A stretch of 64,000 nucleotides of DNA from contig JAQGDQ010000033.1 in assembly GCA_030141605.1 (NCBI GenBank), positions 124,001 through 188,000 of the forward strand, in the 5' to 3' direction. This document shows, piece by piece, positions 1 through 14,600 of this stretch (positions are counted from its first letter, which is position 1; each line of letters begins with the position of its first letter). This DNA is from Tubiluchus corallicola (lineage: Eukaryota; Animalia; Priapulida). The position numbers and the translations under genes were made by a program. Under the pieces are notes generated by a model. That model saw nothing but the letters and a program-made list of their open reading frames with translations. It searched no databases and was not told the DNA's origin.

Positions 1-323
1 AGTACATAAAAAATCCAGCATTGAGAAAGTTTTACAAAAGCGTCAGCAATGAATTATTCTGGTACATCTGCTACAAAATCATAAGGACGACAAATTTACA
101 CTGTAATATGAGTTAGTTGCACGCTTCTTTATAAAGTGTAAGAACATAGAAACAAAATTTCAACGCCTAACATGAGGAAAAGCATCAATCCTCGTTCAAA
201 TGTAATATGCGTCAGTTAAAGAACAAGGTGTCAAAAGTTCAGCGTCAGTAAAAGCAATCATCATTAAGGAACCAACTCTCATAACTCGTAAACCCATATC
301 AGTTCTTGAAAAAATTTTAATAC

Positions 324-2893
324 CTTCACTATTCACAGCGTCAGTTTTGCCATTAAAGCTCTGCACTGAAACTCCAGTATTCATCTGATTAAGGGCATCT
401 TGCATAAATGCTTCAGCAGACATGGAGTGGCCTCTTCTATGTGAACCATGCTATTTCAACGAAAAAGTAATTGTAAACACAATCTGCTTTGTTACTCATG
501 AATATGTCAACTCACACTTTGTTATCATGTTTTGTTATCTTTCCTCTCGATAGCCAGCATAATGTCTGTAAAAACAAACTGATTTAACTGAAGTTATCCT
601 CTCCTAGTCTGTCAAGTGTAACTTCACAGTGAATGCTAACTAGTTACCCCTTCAGCAGAAAAACAACAGCTTTTATTACTTGAGAAATAACAGTCTATTC
701 ATTGGCAACAATAGTTACAGCTTCTAGGACATTATGTTTAAAGGCGTTGATTTAAATAATAGTCTAAAATATTCACAAAACCCTAGTATAATTCTATGAA
801 AATGAATTAATCAAATTACAAACTTTTTATAAAACTGCATTATGTAAGAGATAGACAAAACAATGGCTACGTTGGTCTACTGCACTTTTTTACAACAAAC
901 GGGTACCTTTGAACTCTTTTTGTGCTTCTTCTTCCTTTCACGTGATTCCTTTTTGTCTTTGTCATCACTATGATGGCTTCGCTTCCTCTTTTTACCTTCC
1001 TATAAAAATTTCACGGTATACTAGGAAAGTATCATTAATATATTAATTGTACATTATAACACAGTATAATCAAAGCAGACAATATACTATTAACAGATGA
1101 TTCAAGAAAAACAGACAGAGTTCTCGAGTGGTAAACACCAACTAAAGGTATATAGCTTCTTAAAGCATAAATTAGCTGGAGTGTAGAACATAGCTAGAAC
1201 AGAAAAATGGTAATACAGTTAGGGTTGGACTTGACATGAAAAGAAAGCTTCAATTATACAATAAAGCTTACACTACATATAAACTGTAATGCAATTTTAA
1301 TTGTGAACATTCTACATAATGTAATTACTTTCTTTAAATGAATTATAAAAATTGTGTAAAGTCGATATTCCAAAATAAATAAAGTTAAAGTAAACTAAAG
1401 AGTAAATTTGTTTGTTTAAGTCAGGCTTTTTCAGCACGTTTATTAGCAACATTAATTATAAATTTGTGCGCATTCAGGTTTGCCAAATTTTTCTGAAATG
1501 CAAGAAGCGGAAGCATTTTCAAGCCTGCTTAAGACCTGGTGCAGTAATTCTCAGCATTCCTCTAGGGTGTAAATTTAACAAATTTTTTTTTCTGCCAGAA
1601 ATAGGGGCAGGCAGCAGAAACAATCTGCTTGTCCTCACACATTTTTGCTAGTCCCCATTTTCTCTAGAAAATTTTTGTATTATGTGAAAGTCACAATATC
1701 GCAATAAAATTTGCATTTGTAGGTCAGTCTGTAGATACACACGGTCTGAAACAAACTAAATAATGCCAAACCAGTTACATTTTGAATGTTAAAGCATATT
1801 GAATAGTAAAAATCAGTACTTATACACATATAACACTAATACAGGTTGATTTATAAATCATGATTGTCAAATCTTTGTTGTAAGATGCTATACTGCCAGC
1901 AGACGAATTCTACTGTAGATGCTATACATACTGCATAGCTGAGAATAAGTCATTCTATTCAGTGGCAATATAACTACATGACAGAGCTTCTAGAAAGCAA
2001 AACAATCTCTATTGACATTCTGCATATATTAAAATATTGAAATTTTTGTATTAACCACATGCTTTCATTCAAGATTATTTGTCTTTAATTTGGCTTATTT
2101 CGTAGAACCTTTTTAAAATCGTTTGTTTGCTGTGCAAGTAAACAGAGTGGTTCCATTCTAGCATACATCAGCAAGTATGACATTAACATGGTGGTGCCTT
2201 TGTAGTAACACTCAAGTACGTACAGATGACTTGTGTCTGTCTTTTAGCAAATCTATGAACTTTCAGGGAGGATCAGCGTGAAATAATTGCCTTGTTGCAT
2301 AGTTCTTTGCAGTTCTGGCCAAACCGAAACTTAGGTAAGGGTTGAAATAGCCCACACTCACAGCAGTATAGCATGCAGCTGAGGGTAGGCTTAGCAAAAT
2401 GACACAGAAAAATCAAATTTATTACATAATTACACATTAACTAGCCATTTCTTTAGGAAATTTTTCTAATACGGTAGGTGCTGCTTAATAGGCTCACTTT
2501 GAGTTGGAAGTTGAACCCTGGCTCAATTAACCTACTGAATCTATTAGCCGACAGATGAATTATCTGTTCAACTTAGCATGCACTGGAAAGGCTGCAGGAG
2601 CTTTAAATATTAGGATCATTACACTTACACCTTATTTTCCAAAGTTTGCCAGAAAGAGTGGTTAGTGCACCGAATTTAAACCCTGATAAGGAGAGATTGA
2701 GGGCTTCACGATGGTCAAGCTTTAAGAAATTATGAAAGATAAAGATTACCCCTGTCGTTAATAATTAAATTATATCATTGGATTGACAAAGCTAATTATC
2801 TTGACTATATACCTCCTCATGGCTGGCATTAAAAACACCAAATGCTGACAGCCTCTTGCTATTTCTTCTGTTTTGGTCCTGTTTATTACTCAT
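324..2893 (-). CDS. 5' coding exons of an unnamed lysine-rich protein gene (partial; weak TAF1D-like motif)
   Basis: Exons 2893-2813 (ATG with in-frame upstream stops, MSNKQDQNRRNSKRLSAFGVFNASHEE), 999-907 (EGKKRKRSHHSDDKDKKESRERKKKHKKSSK) and 450-324 (HGSHRRGHSMSAEAFMQDALNQMNTG...) join in phase across GT-AG introns. The 3' end either lies off the window or reads through to the stop at 196. Confidence 0.6.
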
Positions 2894-2968
2894 TCTTTAT
2901 TACTTCGACACTTCGTTTTTTACAGGACGCCTTTACATGCTTTACCAAGAGAGCATGGCAATTCGGTA

Positions 2969-3945
2969 TGTAGGGCGCCGAGTAACCCACTAGCCCAAGT
3001 AAGACACTTCCGGTAAATTTGCGGAACAGCAGTGTCGTACATGGGCAGCACAAGTAGGGCACTGGCGATTTTTGACGAGAATCGAGAATTATGATGACAT
3101 AATAAAACATAAAACTGAATTTGTTTTACAGAAAAAGTAACTTTACAATAATGATGGATGACAATTTACAAAATTAGTGTATTTTTACAATAGTATCATC
3201 ATTATAATTAGCTCCATTAAAATCATCATAACATTAAACTAAGTATCTAACGCAGTGGTTCCCAAAGTAGGGGTAAATTACCCCCTGGGGGTAATATGTT
3301 TTTTTTGGGGGGGTAACGGGCACCCCTCTGAAAATTTTTAAAACTTCGCTCGGAATGCATTTTAAATAGAGGGACGTACGTAAAGGAGAAGTAGTAGTAG
3401 GTGGGGGGTAATGGACACGACCGGGTTTCCCGATTTGGGTAACGGTCAGAGAAAGTTTGGGAACCACTGCCTGATCTAACGCTTTAAAGAGAGAAACTAT
3501 GTAACGCACACAACTCGCTAACCCGTTTAGAAAACAATTATTTGTCCAAGAAGTAGTGAAATGGATCACCTGTCTGTGAAACGAGACAAAATAAAAAATG
3601 ATATACCTTAAACAAATGTTGAAATTGCCTTAAAAGTGGGCTTATTTCACTTCAACAACATTAATATCGAAGCCAAATTTAATATTGTCCACTCAACCAG
3701 CTCAGAATAAAATTCTTTTATTTCATCAGATGTATAATAAATAATTTAACTTGTATTGACGTTTTTAATAATTATTATTATTACATAAACAAATACAACA
3801 GACGGTGCCAGAATTATTATTAACTCAATTTGCGACCTATCTCTAGTGTCCTACTAGGGCAGCCCATGTACGACACGTCCTACTTGGGCTAGCCCATGTA
3901 CGCCAATTGTTCTACTTCAGCTAGTGGATTACTCAGGTACCAACA
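2969..3945. mobile_element. Non-autonomous TIR element, family A copy 1 (TGT...ACA ends)
   Basis: Ends TGTAGGGCGCCGAGTAACCCACTAGC / CTAGTGGATTACTCAGGTACCAACA; flanks CGGTA/CAGTA (5-bp TSD, one mismatch); body similar to copies at 30468, 45520 and 46926. Confidence 0.85.
3253..3469. mobile_element. hAT-like MITE nested in family A copy 1
   Basis: TIRs CAGTGGTTCCCAAA / TTTGGGAACCACTG; ATCTAACG occurs on both sides (4 extra nt on the right); insert absent at the equivalent site in the other family A copies. Confidence 0.85.
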
Positions 3946-5322
3946 CAGTAAAATTACTAACCGACAGATTAAACTGCTGATTAGTTCGCGAAAGCTCTGA
4001 ATTCGATTTAGATAATATTATTTCAAAATTTACTCAGTTGCACATAAATGTATTTAAACAAATGCTTGATATTCACCCTTGGAATCTATGCAAGTATCTA
4101 TAGTTATTATTGCTATAATAATTACGGAATTTACGTTATTTTCGTTATCACAAAATCTCTTGCATTATAGTAATAAACACGGCGTGGCTAGTTCGAAATG
4201 CACGTAATTGCAATAACAGTGTATTAAATAAATTTTACCTATTAAAAGAAATTGAACTGTTGTTATCGTTTTACATTTAAAGCAATACTGAAACAAAACT
4301 AAAGTTAGGACAGATGACATGAAAATATATAGGTTAAAGGAATTAAAGCACATCTGTCACGTAATAATTATTGAATAAATTAAACTACAGGTGGCATCAC
4401 TGGTACAATCATATCAATTGCAAATAAAAGTGCTCAACAGTGCCTTGTGAAATTTGGTGCACTGCTGTACACATTTTGTTTTATGTGACAGTACCAGTAA
4501 TTTGCAGACTTTTTTATAGCTTATACACTATACAGTTTTATTTTAGATACCTCTATGCCTATAACATTCATTATGCAAAAATTATCACTACCACTTTTAA
4601 AATAACTAAATTATTATAGTAGTTTACTTAAATGTTATGGTAAATAATCTAGTTATAATTGAACATAATTATGCAAAACGAGCTATATGCAAGCTATTAA
4701 GATATTTGCCACTTCAGGTATGCATACATACATACATAGATCATCATTGTATAAGCTAGATGAGCTGCTAACCCAACGTTTACATGCACTATATTAAAAA
4801 CCAAGCAGCAGATAGATCTCACTTAGAATTCGTTAATTTTGATTATTGATTGTCATAATTTCACGGTATAAAACTTAATTGGGCAGCTCATATACCACAC
4901 TTGTTTTCTAGATATTCAGAGCAGATATTATACGACCATACATACACGACGTAACTCCCATGAGTTACTCTCTTTCCCATAGATTGTGCTATGATGCAAC
5001 TTGTGAAATTCGACTGTGTGCGTGCAACTGGCATCCTTGGGGAGTGTACGCTTCACATCGCGATGAGGTTTACAGGAAAGCACACGGCAGGTGTTCACAA
5101 TTAGTGTATTTATATGATAAATAAACGTTCTGTACACTTTCTACATTAATTGTGTGATTAATTTATAAAACCACCAGTGAAAAAAAAATGGAAACTCAGA
5201 ACGAGCAACATACTGCCATGCAGGATAATGGGCTAAACATCTCTCAGCCAAAGTATTTTGGCTATCTGCCTTTTATACTTCTTCACTATGTACAGACTAG
5301 GCCTTTGAGTTCCCCAGCAAAA

Positions 5323-5399
5323 TAAATCAGTGGGCCCTCATGACTAAAGCCAACTTTTTGGGACTTATGTGCGACAGCAGTTTTTTCTTCATCATTTCA
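5323..5399 (-). ncRNA. Candidate box C/D snoRNA (orphan)
   Basis: Minus strand: C box ATGATGA (5395-5389), D box CTGA (5330-5327), closing stem ATGAA/TTTAT. No convincing rRNA guide identified. Confidence 0.35.
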
Positions 5400-5625
5400 T
5401 ACTGGCAAGTGGCAACTTGAACTGCATTCTACGTTTGTGTTTTTGCATTATTTTTTTCTTGGTGCTTTTGCCGATTTTTTCGAGAGAATTGCCTCTTTAC
5501 TAGTCTATCACGTCCTTCGATCCCACTACTGTGGTATGAGCGGGTGGGTAGTTGTGTCACTGCTTCTATTACTTCGAATCGCCTGGCTTTCAGGATTTTT
5601 AAACTTTGGAGCCAGCAGCAACACT

Positions 5626-8600
5626 ATGGCAGCGCCCGTTTTGGTGTGCGTTTTCATTCCTTTCATTTTTCTGCAAGTATCTTGCAAATCTTTTGGTGAA
5701 GATACGTTTTCAGAAGAACTGCTAATCAAGCCATTACGAAATGGAGTTGTGTATAGCCATTTTCAGTTTACAACTCTTTGGGACAGGAGCATTTGGGAGA
5801 AAAATCAGTGTACGTTAATTTATATTATTAATAATTCGGGTTTTTCAGCTTGATACCTTTGTCTTGGGGCTCTTCTTAACACTTACGTACAAACCTTATT
5901 TTGCCTATAAATAACATGACTAGTAGATGAAATATTTTCTTTTATACAAAAGTTAGTGGCATTTTCACCAAAACTGGCTAGATCGCAGTTTAAAGGGGGA
6001 ATATCATGAAAATCAAGTTGAACTTATTTTATAGTTGCCTTCCCCGGGAACAACTTGGCGCAATTTTTTAGCAATACGTTGTCTAATTAATGAGTAATTA
6101 ACTTTTTTGTATCTCACGGGACACGCCATGGAGCTGCACTTAACGCCTTTCCGGGTGAAAAAATTGAACTAGCGCAGCTCAGGCTGATGACATAACAGAG
6201 TGTACACGCAACCTGTTGTGATACTGTCGTACACGACTGGGCTGAAAATAAAGCTGTTATTACTACATTACAGCATTTGACCTTGGTTCGGATAGGTAGT
6301 CAGCTGATAGAAACCATTGTCGTTGCACTCGTTAACATGTTTTCATCAAAAGCGATATTTTACTACCGTCGAAAGTTATACGTCCATTATAGTATATTCT
6401 AATAGAGGTAAACAATCATTGCGCAAAAGTAGGCCTACAACATATTGTGAAAATTCTTGTGGCATTAATTGAAAACATCGTCAGCAATACAAGCTGCAAA
6501 GTGTGGGCCTTGGTAACAAAAGTTTTTTTCTTGTAAAAGAAGTCCGATATAGCAACTTCGTTCTGCTAGAAGAATTAATGAATTTGTAAACACAGAGAAA
6601 CTCACTGAAGCATAACTATAATATGCTATAACATATTAGCTGTAGACTTATTGATTAAACATATATGAACATTTTTAACTTTGTCGTGTTTTAGTTTGTT
6701 CATTAGCTTTTGTTTTTACATGATAACATCATGTTGTGTTTATTTTTAAACAGCAGTATTATTAAAATGTTAGGATTAGATAAAATTCTTGTGGTCATTT
6801 GGACTGAAATAAAAATTAATGATAATAAAAAACTAACAATATGATGTGGTTCGATGACAAAATAATTATTTATTGCGCAGGCGCAGATACATGCTCAATG
6901 GCGGCCTAGTCAAATGTTCGTTTTGTGCACAATTGTATCCGAACTTTTGCCAAGGATTATCTTAAATTCCTGTTTGTTGAGGCAATTAGCAGTGGTTATA
7001 CTAATATCTCTATCAGGCTGCTGTACATCCACATCACAAAGGAGCAAGCTAAAAAAAACTGCACCCTGTCATGCTGTTGTTCTTAGACCTCTACACAGAC
7101 CTCCTATAATTTATCTAAATTTTATCACTTGTCTGATCCAACCATTGACTCTTACTAATGTGCTCGTGTTTACTGAACAGAGACCTTCCTTGTTCACTGT
7201 GTGATTTCCAATGTTTTTTGCTACCTCACATTTGAACAGATGTTCAGTTGTATCACACTCCTTCACATAAAGTGGACACATCAACTCATCATTACTCATG
7301 TTTTCATAATTACACTTTAATTTTATCATGTTTAGTTTCCATTCAGTAATTTCATATACTGTTTTTTCATCCCACTCCATTACTCATAATTTGTTGTCTG
7401 TTTCCAATTTTCAGCACTATGTTTCATACATCTCAATTTTGTCATATCATCGCACTTTTTCGCAGCTTCTACTTTCGGACACTTTCTAGCTGCTTTTTGT
7501 CAAAATGTCAAATGTGCAATAATGTCAAAATTGTTTAAGTTGAGCTTTCCAAGCAATATTTTCTGAAACTTTCAAAAAATTTAGTAACGAAGTTAGATTA
7601 GATCGATTAAAGTCGCCAGTAAGGTAAAGTGGCGTTACGTATTATATATAAAACAATTTTATCTATTCCGCATCCCCGCAAAACGCATCGGCATCCGCAT
7701 GATACGTAAACGCCAATTCAGAGTTTTTGGGAAGCAGTCTAATGATTATACTATTATTGAATCACTGAAACCTGCACTGGCCAATGTCTTCACACACATT
7801 TTTAAACTGCTTTTCTCTAATCGCTTTCGAAAGTGTTTAAAGCGTTGAAAACAAGTAACCCGTATTTAAACGGGAAATAGCTGGGTATCTGAGGGAAACT
7901 AGGCAGTAGGCACAGAATAATTATACGTTACCTTTTACCCGGTTTTTGCCAGTAATAAAACAAAACGAATCAAATTTTGAAGGTTCTTTTTGTTGGTAAA
8001 AGGTTTCACACGTCAAATGAGCAATTGCATAAATTAAATATTATGGATTACGCACTGTCTTAGTCCAATACTTTTCACACTCTACCTAACAAATGCACTT
8101 AAGATCCACACTCCTACAAATGATAACCGTGATTACGATACCACTGTCTGTGATAAACTCAAAGTTGTTTTTTTCACTCATTTGCATCACAACATATAGT
8201 CCATTAGGATAGTATTAGGCCATTTAGAACTGTCCAGGATTTTTCACGAATAAAACATCAGCTCAGCCAATTTCACTAGATAAAACTGAGATTTATCAAA
8301 GTTATAAACACAACATTTTAACTGCCATATTTTCCAGCTTATCCCCCACACTTCTCAATATCACATTTTCCTGTTACTGGAACAGTTCATTACATTTCAA
8401 GGTAGTTTGATACGTCAGACAGGTAACTATAGCACTATATATGCTGAATGACCCCTGTAAAACACCCCTGTAATAAAGTAGTAGTGCCGAAGCCAACACA
8501 CTTTCAAAATGACCTGCAGAACACTGACATTTAGGTTACCTGTGGGACAGGTGTAGTTCATGGGTGCCTAGTACATTATTGAAACAACAATAAAAAATAC

Positions 8601-11600
8601 AGTAAACTATGCAGGTAGTTTCTTTATACAAAAACAAACTAAGTTAGGCCTCTTCAATCGAACAAAATATTTTTGTTGAACCAGGTTGCATAGTATAATG
8701 TACAAAGGTGGTTGCTTGTAATGTGCAAGAATGCACTTCAGCTAAGAGGCGGATCTAGTATCTGCTCCATCCCATGTGCATGTAATGTGCATATACAGGT
8801 ATGTGTGAATTACAGATCTTGACATCTTTTTCAAGGATTCTGTTTTGACCCTTACAGTAAATTAGTTTCATTCATCATTAATCTGTTTAGGGAATCACTA
8901 CCATTTGTTTCCAAAATCTCTTGGAGAAATTGTCAAAGCATTCAACATTCAAGAACTTCACTTTTCATTAACTCAGGGTTTGTGGCGACATGATAAGTGG
9001 GGATATGCTGCGAATGATGCACCACCAGGAGCAGAACTTTGGGTGTGGTTTGAAGAAAATACCGTTGAGTAAGTTCTTTATCATTAAAATATTATGCAGA
9101 TCTTGGTACATTGAATAGCAACTCAAAGTATTTTGCATTAGATATTACATTTGCATGGCTAATTAAAGGACTATGCACACTCAAAAGCTCTGCAACCTTG
9201 ACCATTGTTTTTTGACCAAATAATTTTGATTTTGGAAAACGTGTGCTGTTTTTCTCAAAAAGAAAACACCATATAATAATAAATGAAAATGTTAGTATAC
9301 TTGAGCTTTCAGTTTTTGTGCCATAACGCAATATAATATTATTAGAATTGTTTCATTAGTGAAGATTCTCTTGTGCAAATATTAGAGCATGCTTGGTTGA
9401 CCTTGAAAAACGTGATGAATAAAATAATCATCAGAAGGAATGGATAGCACAAGAATAATACGTAATACATTTACAGAACTAAATCTGATATGCTCTTGTA
9501 CGGTAATTCATTTACATGCTGGCAGTTTGGCGACCAAGCAAGCAGCATACTGGGTCGAAATTTTATTTTTTTATTCATTATGAGTTAGTAGAAGAAAAGC
9601 TGAATTATCATAACTGTTATATGTAGAAGTTATAATGGCCATGCTATACTAACCGTAGAGTAACAAGCACATGCACATCAATTTTTGAGTTGTAACTAAA
9701 CTTACACATGCATGTGTTGTACTTATTATTCCTTTTGTAATGTGTTGTGCTGTCTGTAAACAATATGCTATGACTTATAATGCACGCGCAGCAGCATTCA
9801 GGACAATAGCTCACGCAGGAGAACAACTGTCTAAGCTAAACTAAACTAAACTAAACTAAACAACATGAAAGTCACAACTAATGTCCGGTTAGCAGGTAAA
9901 CTGATTACACTTTTTCATAAACACAAATTTGCAGAGCAGCAACTATTTTAGCATTAAATTAACACTTCAAGTAGCCAAAAATGACTTTTCATTTCAAACA
10001 GAATGTAGAAACGAAGTTTCAAAGCACTAGAAAATACAGACATAAATATAATAAAGAAACTAAGCCAGTTAGCCTTGCTTTACAATAAATGAGTAACAAA
10101 AATATTAAGTCTCTCTTGCCTTTAAACATTCATACATCAGGCCTGCGATGCATTTTTCTATATTAATTGATCATGCGCTCGTCTTTAAGATTTATTAAGT
10201 TTTTGTACTTTTTCGTTGGTCAAGCTACGGAAATGGAATAAATTTGAACTGTTCCATTCCTTAGACGACCATTATGTTGAATGCTCCAGTCACATAAGTC
10301 CCAATGGTATCTCTTAACCTTGATTATAACCAAAAAAATACCGTAAAATTAGCTAATATTACATTGATGTATAATATAAATTTTGACCACATTTGAATTA
10401 ATTTTGACTGTGAAGACTTCACTGAGGTTTATAAAAACTGGGCAGAAAAGAAAACATTTTGTTTTGTCCTTATTTAAAGTATTCTTTTTATCTAACTTGC
10501 AAAGTCATAAACTAAAGTAAACTGCGTATTTTCTTGATTGCAAAGTGGTTTAATTAGCAACTTATATGCGTAAGCATTGCGCATTTCTTCCTATAAACGA
10601 AACTAGTCTATATATCTCCACTAATTCACTTGCAATTTCAGTTGACAATAATGAAATCTAGAACCAAGCCAATATTTCTACCGCTAACTAATGAAAAGTT
10701 TAGCATTTTTCGTAACAGTGTTAGACGGAGCTGTAGCTAAATGTCCCAAACGTACCTGCTGCAGTGGTGTGTGAAATAACTTGCATGGTGATTGGGCAGT
10801 CAACGATAATGATTGACATTATGTTAGACGTCAATTGCTGTTACAGTGAAGTATAGTTATTTCAAGCTCATGACTGTGGAGTTGGAGTCGTGGAATCGGA
10901 GTCGATAGTAAACTAATTGCTAAAGGAGTCGGAGTTGTTAAAATAGGGTTTCGGAGTCGGGACTCGGGAGTACACTTACTATTTGAAGAGTCTGTAAAAA
11001 ATAGACAAACTCAGACTCTTGTAGTTACTTTTAAGTTTTAATGCATTTATGCATAATGTCCCATTTTGGGACGCTTTTGTATTGGTATCTATGCAGCTAG
11101 ACTCTGTTTCGAGGATAACAAGTATTGATGAAATGCCACTGTAGCTAAATATTGAGAGTACTACAAACTATTATTTAAAGGCAGGAGTCGGAGTTGGGGC
11201 TCCTAAAATTTTAGGGAGTAAGAGTCGGAGTTGATTTTCTAAAATCCTAGAGTCGGGGCCAGAGTCAGGAGTTTATGTGCTAACGCCACAGCCCTGTTCA
11301 AACTGTAGCGTAATAAGTGAAATAACATTATTTTCAGTGTGGACAAACAATGGTTGAGTCTGACAAATGCACTATCAGGTCAATTCTGTGCTTCACTGAA
11401 CTTCATGGACATGTCATTAACAGTACAACCACAACTTGCATTTCGACCGCAAGGCATCACTCCGGGAGGCAGGATGCCAAATTCTTCCTATGTTCGTTAT
11501 TCTGCTTTGCCACATGAAAATCTCTGCACAGAAAATCTGACTCCTTGGAAAAAGCTACTGCCATGTATTGATAAGGTAATATAATTAGGTGAAATTTTAT

Positions 11601-14600
11601 TAGTAATAAATATGTTAAATCAAGAGCATCTGGGTTTCAAATGTCATATTTGAACTGTTTACATTTGGTCTCTTTCCAGTCTTTGACACATGATACACTA
11701 AGGACTACTATTCGATACACATTGGAACGAACAGAATTTTAGGTAATTGCAGTAAACACAGAAAGAAAACAAACAAGGTTTTGAACAACGAATGACAAAA
11801 AAATACATGAACATCAACAGCAACAAAAACTTATAATAGTGTCTTTAATGTTGATAATAAAATTTGCAAAAACTTTCTGCCGACATCACCAATTATTAGA
11901 GGCCATGAGCTGTGACACAGCTAATGGAAACGTGGTGCCATTCGGAGGCCAAACAGGTCGCACTCAACTTTCAAACCGTACAAGATACAGGGGAGACTCT
12001 AAAACTATTTAGTGATATCCATGTTTTATGGTTTCGCTTGTTATGCATCGGTCAGGCTAATTTACCTAATAAGTAAAAAATATTTATATGATTTAATAAG
12101 CAATGTTAAATTTGTTGTTAACCGTAATAATACAGTTATAACAAATTAATAATTGCCTGTTAATCTTTTTTACATATACTTGCAAAAGTGATAAAAAGAT
12201 AATATAAATATCTTTATGAACAGCATGTATCTGAGAATACGTTGTTATTGCAAAGAAGCAGCCATAATAAATAAGCCAAAACAATTAACAGCCTACTTTT
12301 GCTGATGTGATTAACATGACTCAGGATTTTGGTATCATGTTCCAGAGTAGATGTTATGCATAATAGATGCTGCAAAAGTAAATGTTGATTAAAGTTAGAA
12401 TAGATGAGAGAAAAAGTAAATATTTTAGTATTGTTTTATTAGAAAATTAACAAAAGCTTTATTAAACTGGATGTTTCATCTTACACTTAGGACATTTTCA
12501 GCTGTGTATTTGCAATCCTTCTGCAGTGAATAAATTTCCTTTGTTAAAAAGTTATTGTGAGCTGTGTAAATAAATAGTGTCTAAAACAGAGATTTATTTT
12601 GTTATCATCATTAATATGAAATTGAGATGTATCAGGTAGTATCCAAACCTTGTTGTTTTTGTGTTGTTTTTTATATCTATACAAAATAGTTACATTAAGT
12701 CAAAGTGTACTTAGAATTTGTTTTACTCGGATTTAGTTAAAGTACTAGTTGATAATAATTATAATTTGTAGCTATTAGTTGCACAATAATGATTAATGAT
12801 TTAAAAATAATTGAAATATTCTGCGATGGTTGAGAGCAAAGTCTGTTTACTTCAAGAGTGAGGATGTTCCGTATCTTTTTAATTTGAGATTATTAACACT
12901 TATTTTTGTATATTAATTACTAATTAATATGTTCTATGTAGGCTGGTTTGTCCTCTTTGCTGAATGCAGTTAGCCTTTTAGATAGCAGCTATCACTCGTT
13001 GTCCATTTCTGTTCGGCCAGTATGCAGAAATACTCTGGTATGTTGATCTTTCCTTGCGTGTCTTATTGTGTACGGTTTCAAAAATTATATTTTCCGTTGC
13101 TAACCAGTTGAAAGCCATAAAGTATACTTTCCCACTTGTTTAGCTGTCTTTTTGATATATACACTATTGTTGTAAGCCTGTCGTTGAAATCAAATTTTTG
13201 GGTAGCAGAAGCATTTTAAGGTATTTTTTATGTAGATTATTTAATTCACCACTAAGATCTTCTCATTTTCAAAGCTAAATTGTGTTTTTCTATAAATCAA
13301 TTCTGGATATGTAATTTTTGTGTAATGGGGTTGTCAAAACTTTTAAAAGCTTTGATATATTTTCGAAAATGTTTGTACTAGAAAAAAGACTTTTTTAAAC
13401 AACCAAAAGATTTCAGTAACGGTATATAGTCAATTTTAAAACAGTGTCGTTTTTAAAATATTTCTTTATCTTTTAGATCACACTGTAAGATAGAAAACCA
13501 GCAAAAATTGCCAATTCAGCGCTATGCACTTTTTATAGCCTTTCTCTACATTACATACACACTTTAACTAGTTGAGTTTTCTTATTTTCTTGCGTAATTT
13601 AAATTAATGTATTTTAGTCTCCTGGTAACTGCAAGGAAACATCCGTAGAACTAGGAATGAGTGCAGCTGTGGTTGTTGACAATTACTCACGCAATAAGGG
13701 CCGTCCAGGTAAAGCAATCACTGCCAAACGCACATGTTGAAGTTGTTTAAATTTTTTTATCTGATTTCTGTAAATGTAAAATATTAATTTATGATAAATT
13801 TGATCTGAAAGTTTTACGATACAAAATACTAAACAATTTGAACGACTCTGTTAAGTCTTTTACTGTTCAGCTTTCAAACCATTGGCTAAAATTCAGAATA
13901 CACTTATTTTACAGTTTAATTTTCTGTTATTGAGCTGGTTTCAAACACATTTTTCTGATTCTTTTAGATTGGTCCATTAGGCAATTATTCGGTATCGGCA
14001 TCCAATCAGCCTGTCCTCTTGCTGTAGTCAGTGCTGTTTATGTTGACCTGTTGAGCATTAAAGTACGTATGCAATTGCTAGTAGTCTTTGGATTTTGAAA
14101 TATCATATCTTTATGTTCTGGATTTTATTTAAATTACTGAAATTTGCACATTTCACATTTTGTAATGCTTCGTCGAAACCTTCTACCAAACTCTTTGGTA
14201 GAACTGCATTTGCCATTGATTACATATGCATCTCTTGTTTAAGAAGAACTTAGACAAGGAGTATTTTTACTTTCCAGCACACTAAAGATTCATCTTGACT
14301 CCCATTCCTACAATGAGACTTGTACCTGTCTTAACAAACCCACTGTTATCTATACTATTCAGCAGAGCCAGTTTGACTGGTCTTTTTGGATGGCCGCACA
14401 ACTGTATAGTTTTTAATAAAGTGTTGCATGGTTGGTACTAGAGGCACTGGGATTAGGTGGATCAACTTAGGTCGCATTATTTTGGATCCAAAACAGTGGT
14501 CAAACTGATTTCGCATTTTTTAGGGTTTTTGGGATTTAAAGGGATCTCAAGTTAGAATATTGATTGATGTCTACACTCTATCCAAATTACGACCACCTGT

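Noticed and set aside
212-264. C/D-like boxes on the minus strand with repeated CTGACGC
   Set aside because: Short span, no terminal stem and no recognisable guide.
2969-3945. CRISPR-like spaced repeats (GCCCAAGTAGG / CCTACTTGGGC)
   Set aside because: Eukaryotic context, no cas genes, degenerate units and conserved spacers; these are MITE subterminal repeats.
4714-4747. ATGATGA...CTGA on the minus strand
   Set aside because: Only 23 nt between the boxes, mostly a TATG microsatellite, and no downstream D box.
5437-5625. 63-aa N-terminal extension of PIGT in the ORF track
   Set aside because: It starts at GTG; the signal peptide begins at ATG 5626 (MAAPVLV...), and the upstream part is promoter/UTR.
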